Assembly: GCA_002923215.1 (NCBI GenBank)
Contig: BDTI01000175.1
Location: forward strand, 1 to 33,485
Reading direction: 5' to 3'
Source: an archaeon BMS3Abin16
Lineage (GTDB): Archaea > Hydrothermarchaeota > Hydrothermarchaeia > Hydrothermarchaeales > SZUA-236
Length of the DNA stretch: 33,485 bases
The notes under the pieces were generated by a model, which had not been told where the DNA came from, ran no database searches, and was given only the letters and a program-made list of their open reading frames with translations. How positions within the stretch are numbered: the first letter of the stretch is position 1; every line of letters starts with the position of its first letter. This document shows positions 1 to 6,918 of this stretch, one piece after another. The translations under genes and the position numbers were made by a program.

Positions 1-165
1 GTAATAGATGGAGAAAAAGTCCAACTAAAGGTAAGAAATCCGGCCAAACCAGAGGAATACTTTGCATCAATTTATGTGTGGCAAAAGGAGTTTGCCGAAG
101 AGCTGAGAAACAAATTCAACGAGATGTGGAAAGAAGCAAAAGAATTAAGAATTGACGTGAAATAG
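1..165 (+). CDS. 3' end of a CDS that starts upstream of the window (hypothetical; possibly the C-terminus of a TrmB-like regulator, not established)
   Basis: Frame 1 is open from base 1 to TAG at 163-165 and translates as VIDGEKVQLKVRNPAKPEEYFASIYVWQKEFAEELRNKFNEMWKEAKELRIDVK. The composition looks protein-like, but no diagnostic motif is visible. Confidence 0.5.
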   Translation, partial: VIDGEKVQLKVRNPAKPEEYFASIYVWQKEFAEELRNKFNEMWKEAKELRIDVK

Positions 166-276
166 ATATTTTAAAGGAAACGCAAAAATTTATATGATAT
201 TTACAGGCCTTGCGAAGTCGTCGAATGCGCGGGTAAGAGACGAAAACCCAAACCAGATACAAAGTGTTAATAAAAA

Positions 277-588
277 TTAAACTTCATTAAATTCATTGAT
301 CACAGACCGATATCCTTGCTTCGTGGTCGATTTAAGACCCGCCTTTACCAATTCCCCACCTATTCCCTTGTTTTGATGAATCAGCAGAACAGACGTAAGA
401 TAAAAAAGTATATGCCCAACCACTATACTATCAATTTCAGCAACCAACGAAAGATCAGGAATAAAGCCTGGTGTCTTTCTAAGCCGTTCAACCAATCGCC
501 CCTCATCCGGTTACCCAAAGGCCAGATCATTTATTTCCGTTTTCACGGAATAATCTTTACCTGTCTCAGGCCGAATCACAAGGTTCAT
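277..588 (-). pseudogene. Decayed GNAT-family N-acetyltransferase with an in-frame TAA, an internal deletion and a truncated C-terminus
   Basis: From the ATG at 588-586 the minus strand reads MNLVIRPETGKDYSVKTEINDLAFG-stop(TAA at 513-511)-PDEGRLVERLRKTPGFIPDLSLVAEIDSIVVGHILF...NKGIGGELVKAGL...GYRSVI. This matches the N-terminal layout of small GNAT enzymes. The stop interrupts it, the segment between the GHILF and NKGIG motifs is too short, and the protein ends right after GYRSVI. Confidence 0.55.
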
Positions 589-611
589 TCAAAAAATACA
601 TTAAAGTGGAA

Positions 612-1991
612 TTAGTTTATCCGCTGCGCAATTGTTGTTGCAAAGCCCACAACATCTTCTTCTTCAAGACCGCGGCCAACCTTTGAAACCATCAGGCTTA
701 CGAAGGCGTCTTTTTCATAGAAGAAAACACGATAAGACACTTTAAGCCCGAACTCGCTATCGGACTCAACCTTTTTGACCATAACACCAGCTTCACCCAC
801 ATCAAAGTCGATAAGTGAATAATTATTCTGTGAAAAAGTGGTTTCAAAACCTGCAAGACGATCGTCAAAATATGTTTTCGAAGTCTTGCTGGCATTGTAT
901 TTTGAAATAGAGCTGTCAATCTCCCACTCAACAAAGGTCTTGTTCGCAGCATTAGAAGCCTCCTTTGTAAAGAAGGCGCGGTTGTTTTCAAGCCAGCCCT
1001 GCGCCGCTAAAGTATCGGCAAACACCCTGTCGCCGCCTGCAAACTCAAGTGGATCTTTGAGCGTGCCGGAGAGAACGTTATTAACACTAAACCCTCCCCC
1101 AAGATCAGCTAGTGCAAGGTTCATCTCAGCGGCTGATGCGTTCGAAGCAGATATTGGAACAACAACTGCCGCGGGAGCCAAGGTTTCAACAGTCTCAACA
1201 CCTTCGATAACAATCCCAGTCGGCGGCGGCGCAACGTCTTTTTGACCACCAAAAAAATTAGTGGTATAACTATAATACCCGGCTCCAGCAGCCACCAGAA
1301 TAAAGCTCACCGCGCCGATTGCAAGCATCTTCTTCGCGCTTTTTTCATCGCTAGGCTTGATTGCGAAATATGCGATTAACCCGCCGATAAGGTTGAAAAT
1401 AACTGGCGCAAGATACCATAGCTTTGAAAATAAGGGTTCGTCAAGACGTCGCATAGGCTTGTAAAGATCGCCAGTTGGAGCGGGATCAGAGGTTCTTCGC
1501 AGAGACGGCTCAGGAATAGTATATGCAGGTACAAAGGGCTCAGGTTCAAACTGGGCAGGCATGGGACTCGGCACTGGCGGGGGAACGGCTTTGGGCGTAG
1601 ATGTTGGAGCAGGACTCAGAGGCCCCGAGGAAGCATTATAAAAACCGGCCCTAGCCTTTGCTACAATGCTTTTTTTAATATCCTGAAATTCTTCGAGTGT
1701 GATGTCACCGCGTTTAAAGGCTTTAATCGAGATTTCAAGCTCAGCTTTGAGCCGGCGCTTCACATCATCAGTAAGATCAACAGCACCCTCTTTTTTCACC
1801 GGCTCAGAAGGTGCCTGAGACTTAATACTTTTCTTCACAGAGGAAGGTTTCACAGTCTTTTTCCCAACACTCTTGGAACGGGTTTTAACAGGTTTCGCCT
1901 GTGCTTTCAACACAGCGATCTTCGCCCCGCACTGACTGCAGAAGGAATCACCCTTCTTAAGCTTACTACCACACTCATTACACTGCACCAT
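612..1991 (-). CDS. Zinc-ribbon / SHOCT-like / proline-rich-linker / transmembrane protein with a C-terminal extracytoplasmic domain (hypothetical)
   Basis: 459-aa ORF. The N-terminus has CNECGSKLKKGDSFCSQCG (CxxC-x10-CxxC zinc ribbon), followed by a Lys-rich stretch. A DITLEEFQDIKKSI segment resembles a SHOCT motif. Next come a Pro-rich linker, two hydrophobic helices (LWYLAPVIFNLIGGLIAYFAI and AIGAVSFILVAAGAGYY) and a soluble domain of about 200 aa. Confidence 0.8.
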   Translation of the reverse strand: MVQCNECGSKLKKGDSFCSQCGAKIAVLKAQAKPVKTRSKSVGKKTVKPSSVKKSIKSQAPSEPVKKEGAVDLTDDVKRRLKAELEISIKAFKRGDITLEEFQDIKKSIVAKARAGFYNASSGPLSPAPTSTPKAVPPPVPSPMPAQFEPEPFVPAYTIPEPSLRRTSDPAPTGDLYKPMRRLDEPLFSKLWYLAPVIFNLIGGLIAYFAIKPSDEKSAKKMLAIGAVSFILVAAGAGYYSYTTNFFGGQKDVAPPPTGIVIEGVETVETLAPAAVVVPISASNASAAEMNLALADLGGGFSVNNVLSGTLKDPLEFAGGDRVFADTLAAQGWLENNRAFFTKEASNAANKTFVEWEIDSSISKYNASKTSKTYFDDRLAGFETTFSQNNYSLIDFDVGEAGVMVKKVESDSEFGLKVSYRVFFYEKDAFVSLMVSKVGRGLEEEDVVGFATTIAQRIN

Positions 1992-1997
1992 AGTTAT

Positions 1998-2717
1998 CTA
2001 TCCCTCTTTATATTTTGAAATCCGCCTGCACATAAGATAGGCCGCGGCAGCCGCGCCAAATCCATTATCAATATTTACAACTGTTATTCCTGGCGAACAT
2101 GACTGAAGCATTGACATAAGCGCTGAGGTTCCGCCGCCGCCGTAGCCGTAGCCAACCGATGTTGGCACGCCGATTACCGGAACGTCAACCATACTCTTAA
2201 CAACCGACGCAAGCGCTCCTTCCATCCCTGCAACAACGATTACCACATCCACATCCTCTTCAGACACCTTAACAGCCCAGGGTAGAACCCTGTGTATCCC
2301 GGCTATTCCAATGTCATAGGCAGCTATCGTCCTGCAGCCCAGCTCTTCAAGTATGATTCTTGCTTCTTCAGCTACAGGGATATCTGATGTGCCGGCGGCA
2401 AAGACTGCAACCGTTCCCAAAGCAGCTCTTTTAACATCAGTTGTTTTTAGTACGGCCAGCCCCGCTTTTCTGTTGATATCTTTTTTCACATCTATCGTTT
2501 CAAGCAGATCAAGCTGTTTTTCATCAGCCTTTGTTACGATTACATGCCCTGTTTTTTCAAGTAGATGCACTGCCAGTGTATGCACGTCTTTCACTGTTTT
2601 TCCGCGGGCGAGTATCACCTCTGGAATTCCTGTTGACTTTTCACGGTCAAAATCGAGGTTCGCAATGCCGCCTACTGAGAGGCAATCTCGCTTTAAATGA
2701 CTGGCATGGTCTTTCAT
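1998..2717 (-). CDS. larB: LarB-type AIR-carboxylase-family protein (pyridinium-3,5-biscarboxylic acid mononucleotide synthase, nickel-pincer cofactor biosynthesis)
   Basis: 239-aa ORF carrying the conserved blocks AAGTSDIPVAEEA, VVAGMEGAL, PVIGVPTSVGYG and VVNIDNGFGAA, which are typical of the PurE-related LarB family (COG1691). Confidence 0.85.
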   Translation of the reverse strand: MKDHASHLKRDCLSVGGIANLDFDREKSTGIPEVILARGKTVKDVHTLAVHLLEKTGHVIVTKADEKQLDLLETIDVKKDINRKAGLAVLKTTDVKRAALGTVAVFAAGTSDIPVAEEARIILEELGCRTIAAYDIGIAGIHRVLPWAVKVSEEDVDVVIVVAGMEGALASVVKSMVDVPVIGVPTSVGYGYGGGGTSALMSMLQSCSPGITVVNIDNGFGAAAAAYLMCRRISKYKEG

Positions 2718-2751
2718 CTAAAAAAATAATGGGCCTTTGGGTTTATAAACC

Positions 2752-3336
2752 TTAAAGGTTGTAGAGCGCTTCTTTCAATGTGTTTAAGACAAGTATTGAT
2801 CTGGTCTCGCTTATTCCTTCAATCTCTGATACGGTGTTGAGGGGCCCTTCTTTGAGTGATTGGAGGTCTCTGCTTCGAACTTTTACCAGCAGGTCATAGG
2901 GTTCGAGGACTTCGTGTATTTCAACTACTTCGGGCTGGTCCAGCAGTTTTCTGATGACCTCGTCTTTCATCCCTTTTGCGCAGGTTACGCCGATGTATGC
3001 GGCTGATCCCAGGCCGAGTTTATCTCCGTCGGCGAGGATTGTGAACCGTCTTATGACTCCTTCTTTCACAAGCCGTGTTATCCTTTTGTAGACTGTGCTT
3101 GTGCCGATTCCGAGCTCTGTGCCGATTGCCGATAGCGTGGTTCTGGAGTCCTTTACCAGCAGTTTGATTATATTTAGGTCTGTTTCGTCCACTTTTGATA
3201 GATCCACGCTGGGCCGGGTTTTTTCCTCTGCTTTTTCTTCGGGTTTTTTCTTTGGACTTGGCAGGAGCTTCTGAAATATTACGTCTTTGTATATTCTGCC
3301 AGATACTTTGGCTATTGAAAATTCTTTGTCCACCAT
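2752..3336 (-). CDS. Lrp/AsnC-family transcriptional regulator with a Lys/Glu-rich N-terminal extension of about 50 aa
   Basis: DETDLNIIKLLVKDSRTTLSAIGTELGIGTSTVYKRITRLVKEGVIRRF is a canonical Lrp/AsnC HTH. It is followed by a RAM/ACT-like ligand domain (AYIGVTC...VVEIHEV...DLLVKV). Confidence 0.85.
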   Translation of the reverse strand: MVDKEFSIAKVSGRIYKDVIFQKLLPSPKKKPEEKAEEKTRPSVDLSKVDETDLNIIKLLVKDSRTTLSAIGTELGIGTSTVYKRITRLVKEGVIRRFTILADGDKLGLGSAAYIGVTCAKGMKDEVIRKLLDQPEVVEIHEVLEPYDLLVKVRSRDLQSLKEGPLNTVSEIEGISETRSILVLNTLKEALYNL

Positions 3337-3494
3337 ACCTACTTGCTTTTTTGTTCACCTGTCAGTATAAAAAATTTGCCGTTAAATACCTGTTTTTTGG
3401 AAAAATTTTTCACCGTTTACCGCAATCATGGAAAAATCCTTTCGAAAAATAAGGCAGAATCAAACTTATTTTCAAAAAAAAAGCAACGGTTACG

Positions 3495-3502
3495 TTTATA
3501 TA
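3495..3502 (+). promoter_or_regulatory. TATA-box candidate (TTTATATA) for the downstream membrane-protein gene
   Basis: Perfect match to the archaeal TATA consensus TTTAWATA in the AT-rich intergenic region. It is centred about 22 nt upstream of the ATG at 3521 and about 53 nt upstream of 3552. Confidence 0.3.
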
Positions 3503-3551
3503 ATAGTAAACTCCAAAAAAATGAAGGAAAAGGGAAAAAGGAGGTCTATTC

Positions 3552-4133
3552 ATAGTCCAAACAATTGTAACAGTCGCCACCTTCGCACTCATCGGAGGCG
3601 GAATAAAATACATAGACGAAGCATTCGACGAAAAAATCTACAGCCAAAAAATAGCAACCGCTATAGCCGCGATACTGCTCGTGCTCTGGATAGGAATCTC
3701 AATACTAGACACAACAGCAGCAACAATACTGCTCTCAGTACTCCTCGGCGTGCTGTTCACAGGCAAAATAGACAACACAGTCTTCGGAGCAAGCACATCA
3801 GCAATCGTCGTGTCACTGGCATTCCTAGAAAAAGTGATATTCCTCCCACTCCTAGCCCTAACAATCACAGGCATAATCGACGAAAAAGGAAACGACTACG
3901 TCGACAGCCACAAAACAAACAAGGTCATAGCATTCTTTTTCCTACATAGATTCACCATGAAAATAGGCCTCCTCACACTCAGCCTGGCCGGAATCTTTGC
4001 TATACAGTACATGCTCGCATTTCTGCTCTTCGACATATCCTATGACACAGTAGGATTTTTCAGCGGTGAATCGAAAAAGAAACTGGAACTCAGAAACATC
4101 AATTCTGAAACACCACACCCCCAGACAGCGTAA
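3552..4133 (+). CDS. Polytopic membrane protein of unknown family; start codon unresolved (conservative GTG start at 3681)
   Basis: Frame 3 is open from 3525 to TAA at 4131-4133. From about 3552 it encodes clearly hydrophobic helices (VQTIVTVATFALIGGG, IATAIAAILLVLWIGISIL, AATILLSVLLGVLFTG, AIVVSLAFLEKVIFLPLLALTITGII, IGLLTLSLAGIFAIQYMLAFLLF). The first canonical start in this frame is the GTG at 3681, which would cut off two helices. AGGAGGT at 3539-3545 lies 6 nt before an ATA codon at 3552. Confidence 0.6.
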   Translation: MVQTIVTVATFALIGGGIKYIDEAFDEKIYSQKIATAIAAILLVLWIGISILDTTAATILLSVLLGVLFTGKIDNTVFGASTSAIVVSLAFLEKVIFLPLLALTITGIIDEKGNDYVDSHKTNKVIAFFFLHRFTMKIGLLTLSLAGIFAIQYMLAFLLFDISYDTVGFFSGESKKKLELRNINSETPHPQTA

Positions 4134-4199
4134 AAACTCCCCCTCTTCAAGCAGCCAGGGCAGTCAGATTTAATAGCTTGAACAATAAACCAGGGATTC

Positions 4200-4919
4200 A
4201 TGACATCAAATGGAATAATACTTCTAAGCAGCGGGCTTGACAGCGCAACGGCAATGTGGAAGGTTAAAGACAACTATAAAGACATATACACACTTACATT
4301 CGCCTACGGTTCCCGCGACGAAGACGTGGCTCTTTCCTGCGCTGAAAAACTCTCAACCCTTGCAGGCGCAAAGCATCATGTAATCAGTCTACCATGGCTG
4401 CAGGATTTTTCAAGTCGCAGCGGATCAACCCTGATTTCAACAAGCGGGGATCTTCCAACACCCACAGAGGATGAACTTGACAAGGCCAGCGCAGCATCTG
4501 AATCTGCAAAATCAGTGTGGATTCCAGCGCGTAACCTCGTCTTTCTATCAGTCGCTGCATCCTTTGCAGAATCAATCGGCGGAGGAGAGATAATCACAGG
4601 CTTTAACCGGGAGGAGGCAGCCACCTTCCCAGATAATACAGCCTCCTTTGTCTCAGCAATGAACAGTGTCCTGGAGTATGCTGTGCTCGAAAAAAATGTC
4701 AGCGTTGTAGCGCCGCTCAGGAGAATGGATAAATCTGAGATTGCCGGGCTTGCCGTTGATCTAGGGGCGCCAGTGGAATATATGTCGTCCTGCTACATGC
4801 CGCAGGGCCTTGACAGAGAGAGGAGGCCGGTTCACTGCGGACGGTGTGAGTCATGCAGGCGGCGGATGCGCGCCTTCAAAGCCGCCGGTGTTTCTGACAA
4901 AACCATCTACGAGCCTTGA
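4200..4919 (+). CDS. queC: 7-cyano-7-deazaguanine synthase (preQ0 / archaeosine pathway)
   Basis: 239 aa. The N-terminus has the PP-loop LLSSGLDSATAM. The C-terminus has the zinc cysteine cluster SCY...CGRCESCRRR, characteristic of QueC. Confidence 0.9.
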   Translation: MTSNGIILLSSGLDSATAMWKVKDNYKDIYTLTFAYGSRDEDVALSCAEKLSTLAGAKHHVISLPWLQDFSSRSGSTLISTSGDLPTPTEDELDKASAASESAKSVWIPARNLVFLSVAASFAESIGGGEIITGFNREEAATFPDNTASFVSAMNSVLEYAVLEKNVSVVAPLRRMDKSEIAGLAVDLGAPVEYMSSCYMPQGLDRERRPVHCGRCESCRRRMRAFKAAGVSDKTIYEP

Positions 4920-5179
4920 CTGCGTCTAACAATCTCAGCGCAGAAATCAGCCTTGTCTGTAACATCCAGGTTTTCAGCCAGATATTTGCACACAGTATTA
5001 TAGGTCTCGTTTATGTTCTCATAGTATTGCCTGTAGAGCACGTCATATGACATCTTTCGATAGGATACCGCAAATATCAGGGCTGCAAGCATCGCCGCGC
5101 CAACCAGGAGCAGATACTCGATTGATGCCTGAGCCTGTTCTTCAACTATAAATCCACGTAGCTTTTTCATACTTATCAT
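4907..5179 (-). CDS. Class III signal peptide-containing protein (archaeal type IV pilin-like)
   Basis: Starting at M45 of the tracked ORF (ATG 5179-5177, or ATG 5170-5168) gives MISMKKLRGFIVEEQAQASIEYLLLVGAAMLAALIF. The QASIEYLLLVG block matches the class III signal peptide signature (QxSxEYLLL). The ATG lies 1 nt after the stop of the upstream gene (5181-5183). The longer 134-aa version would overlap that gene and is rejected. Confidence 0.7.
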   Translation of the reverse strand: MISMKKLRGFIVEEQAQASIEYLLLVGAAMLAALIFAVSYRKMSYDVLYRQYYENINETYNTVCKYLAENLDVTDKADFCAEIVRRSQGS

Positions 5180-5180
5180 C

Positions 5181-6143
5181 TTAAAGCAGCCTCCAAGCCT
5201 CTTCGGCCAGGTCATTATAATTGTTTGCAATGCCTGCAAGATCAACTGCGTCTTCCACTGCCTTAACGGCAAGTTCAGGGTCGCCGTAGAGTGACTGTTC
5301 ACTGCTTTCAATCATCTTCCTGCTTACTTCTTCCCAGACTGCGAAGAATCTGCCTTTGTTTTGAAAGTAAATATTCATCTTGCCGGATCTGCTCGAAGCC
5401 GCAAGATCCGCTGTCTCCTTGGCTTGATTAAAAAAGGCGGCGGCCGTTGCATACTCTTTGACCGCGCCCAGGTACTCGCCCTGCGTGTAATAGTTGTTGC
5501 CGGCGATATAGTGGTTGCGGGCGATTACATAGCTTCTGATTATCTCACGGTCATATGGTGTTTTCCTCCAAAAAGCACCCAGATAGATGGAGAAGATAAG
5601 GAGAAAAACGATTAGAACTACTGCAACCATTCTGAAGTCTATTACAAGTTCTTTTTTGCGTTTCTCCCGCTTTTTAGGTTTAAACCGGTCAAGCTCCGCC
5701 TCATGTTCTAAGGCAGATGGAACGATGTCAACTCCGTTTTCCTCCGCAAGCTGAATATATATTCCAAGTTCGGAGAGCCGCCGGTTCTCAGCGATTACCC
5801 TGTGCTTTGCAGAGAGATACTCAATCTGGGCGGAGAGGATTTTTTCGATCCGCCGGTATTTGGCAAGCTCAATATAGTTATCTGGCAGGTTGTTAATGTT
5901 TCTCTCAAGCTCGGCGAGAAGCGCTTTTTTCTTGCTCAGCACGAAATCGATCTGTGCGAGCACATCAGGCGACTCGAGAGAGTTTCCGCCTGCAAGCAAA
6001 TATTTCGCCTCTGTTTTAAGGAGCGCAAGTTTTGCCGCGAGAAAATCAGCTTCATTCTCATCGCCCTTCGCCCTGGACACCTTTAAATGTTCTTCTGTCA
6101 GCCCGATCTTTTGAATAAGAATGTCAACTTCATCCTCTGGCAT
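5181..6143 (-). CDS. Bitopic membrane protein: N-terminal coiled-coil domain, one TM helix, C-terminal helical (TPR-like) domain; hypothetical
   Basis: 320-aa ORF. About 170 aa of heptad-like charged sequence ends in a KPKKREKRKKE cluster. The TM helix MVAVVLIVFLLIFSIYLGAFW follows, then YIAGNNYYTQGEYLGAVKEYATAAAFFNQAKE, which resembles a TPR hairpin. The ORF overlaps the upstream gene by 14 nt. Confidence 0.75.
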   Translation of the reverse strand: MPEDEVDILIQKIGLTEEHLKVSRAKGDENEADFLAAKLALLKTEAKYLLAGGNSLESPDVLAQIDFVLSKKKALLAELERNINNLPDNYIELAKYRRIEKILSAQIEYLSAKHRVIAENRRLSELGIYIQLAEENGVDIVPSALEHEAELDRFKPKKREKRKKELVIDFRMVAVVLIVFLLIFSIYLGAFWRKTPYDREIIRSYVIARNHYIAGNNYYTQGEYLGAVKEYATAAAFFNQAKETADLAASSRSGKMNIYFQNKGRFFAVWEEVSRKMIESSEQSLYGDPELAVKAVEDAVDLAGIANNYNDLAEEAWRLL

Positions 6144-6669
6144 AGATTACCTCCCTGATCGCGAATTTATGCTCTCTGCTTTTCAGCCCCCGACGCCATA
6201 AAATTAGGGCGGCTATTGGCAGAATCGGGTAAAAGATCCGGTCAACAGTTGAAAGAAGTGAGGGCTCAGCCGATGCTATTAGAAGCTCGATTATTATTCG
6301 GACCTGATTCACAGCCAAGAGTAGGAGTGACGACCAAAAAACCCATTTTAACCGGTCCCCGATCGGGAGGCGTGGCGTGAAAGATACGAGGATTACAAAT
6401 GCCCCGATCGTGAGCAGACCGAAACAGTAGGGCGAGTATTCAACGATTGCGCCTGACGAAAGTCTGAGCAGGTTTGACTGTGACCACGCCTCTATTCCAA
6501 TGGCTGCGAGCAATTGCTCGTGAATGGCTGCGTTCACTGTGCCGAGAAGTGTCAGCGTTTTTGAAACAATGCGGATGCTAAGCAGCATTGGCGGGACATA
6601 GTAAAAGGTTAGAAATGAAGCTGCGAACACAGCGATCAGCGTCTGAGCCGATGGGTAGTCTTCTTTCAT
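6130..6669 (-). CDS. Small polytopic membrane protein, putatively exosortase/archaeosortase-like (divergent, about 179 aa)
   Basis: It has five predicted hydrophobic helices. IVEYSPYCFGLLTIGAFVIL fits the sortase Cys block (xCxG at the start of a helix). LLLLAVNQVRIIIELL fits the NxxRI arginine block. I could not locate the usual downstream histidine. The ATG at 6669-6667 overlaps the TGA (6668-6666) of the upstream peptide gene as ATGA. The CDS itself is well supported; the family assignment is tentative. Confidence 0.45.
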   Translation of the reverse strand: MKEDYPSAQTLIAVFAASFLTFYYVPPMLLSIRIVSKTLTLLGTVNAAIHEQLLAAIGIEAWSQSNLLRLSSGAIVEYSPYCFGLLTIGAFVILVSFTPRLPIGDRLKWVFWSSLLLLAVNQVRIIIELLIASAEPSLLSTVDRIFYPILPIAALILWRRGLKSREHKFAIREVIYARG

Positions 6670-6887
6670 CCCGCGCGGCGCCCCTGCTTCCATAGTGTGT
6701 ACACCCCATATCCGACGATAGCAGTCACTGTTAACAGATTCCCCTCCGGTATGGCAACGGCCGGCGGGACTGGAAGCGTTGTTGTAGTCTGTGAAAAAAC
6801 AGCCTGAGTATTAAGCAGTACTATGAAAAAGGCCCAAAAGATAGATTTAAGATAAACAGTTCTAAGAGTTCTGTTCATATCCAACAC
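6666..6887 (-). CDS. 73-aa secreted peptide precursor: Sec-type signal peptide, Thr/Pro linker and a PEP-CTERM-like (PEG + TM + basic) C-terminal sorting signal
   Basis: Translation is MLDMNRTLRTVYLKSIFWAFFIVLLNTQAVFSQ|TTTTLPVPPAVAI-PEG-NLLTVTAIVGYGVYTLW-KQGRRAG. The N-terminus has n/h/c regions. The C-terminus has a Pro-Glu-Gly motif, a 17-aa hydrophobic helix and a basic tail. A TATA box lies 26 nt upstream of the first ATG, and the gene is translationally coupled to the next one. Confidence 0.55.
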   Translation of the reverse strand: MLDMNRTLRTVYLKSIFWAFFIVLLNTQAVFSQTTTTLPVPPAVAIPEGNLLTVTAIVGYGVYTLWKQGRRAG

Positions 6888-6909
6888 AAATAAGAATCAT
6901 TCAACGAGG

Positions 6910-6917
6910 TATATAAA
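6910..6917 (-). promoter_or_regulatory. TATA box (TTTATATA on the minus strand) for the 6887-4907 operon; implies a leaderless transcript
   Basis: Plus-strand TATATAAA at 6910-6917 reverse-complements to the consensus TTTATATA. It is centred 26-27 nt upstream of the ATG at 6887 and lies 2 nt after the alaS stop codon. Confidence 0.4.
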
Positions 6918-6918
6918 G

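Noticed and set aside
511-513. In-frame TAA in the GNAT gene as possible stop-codon recoding
   Set aside because: Known archaeal recoding uses TAG (pyrrolysine) or TGA (selenocysteine), not TAA. The gene also carries deletions, so decay is the simpler explanation.
3428-3949. 173-aa ORF, extremely rich in Arg, Asn, Ser and His (RRNKIHRRSIRRKN...)
   Set aside because: It is the off-frame reading of the A/C-rich membrane-protein gene at 3552-4133. The alternative frame encodes clean TM helices. This frame is low-complexity with no fold-like pattern.
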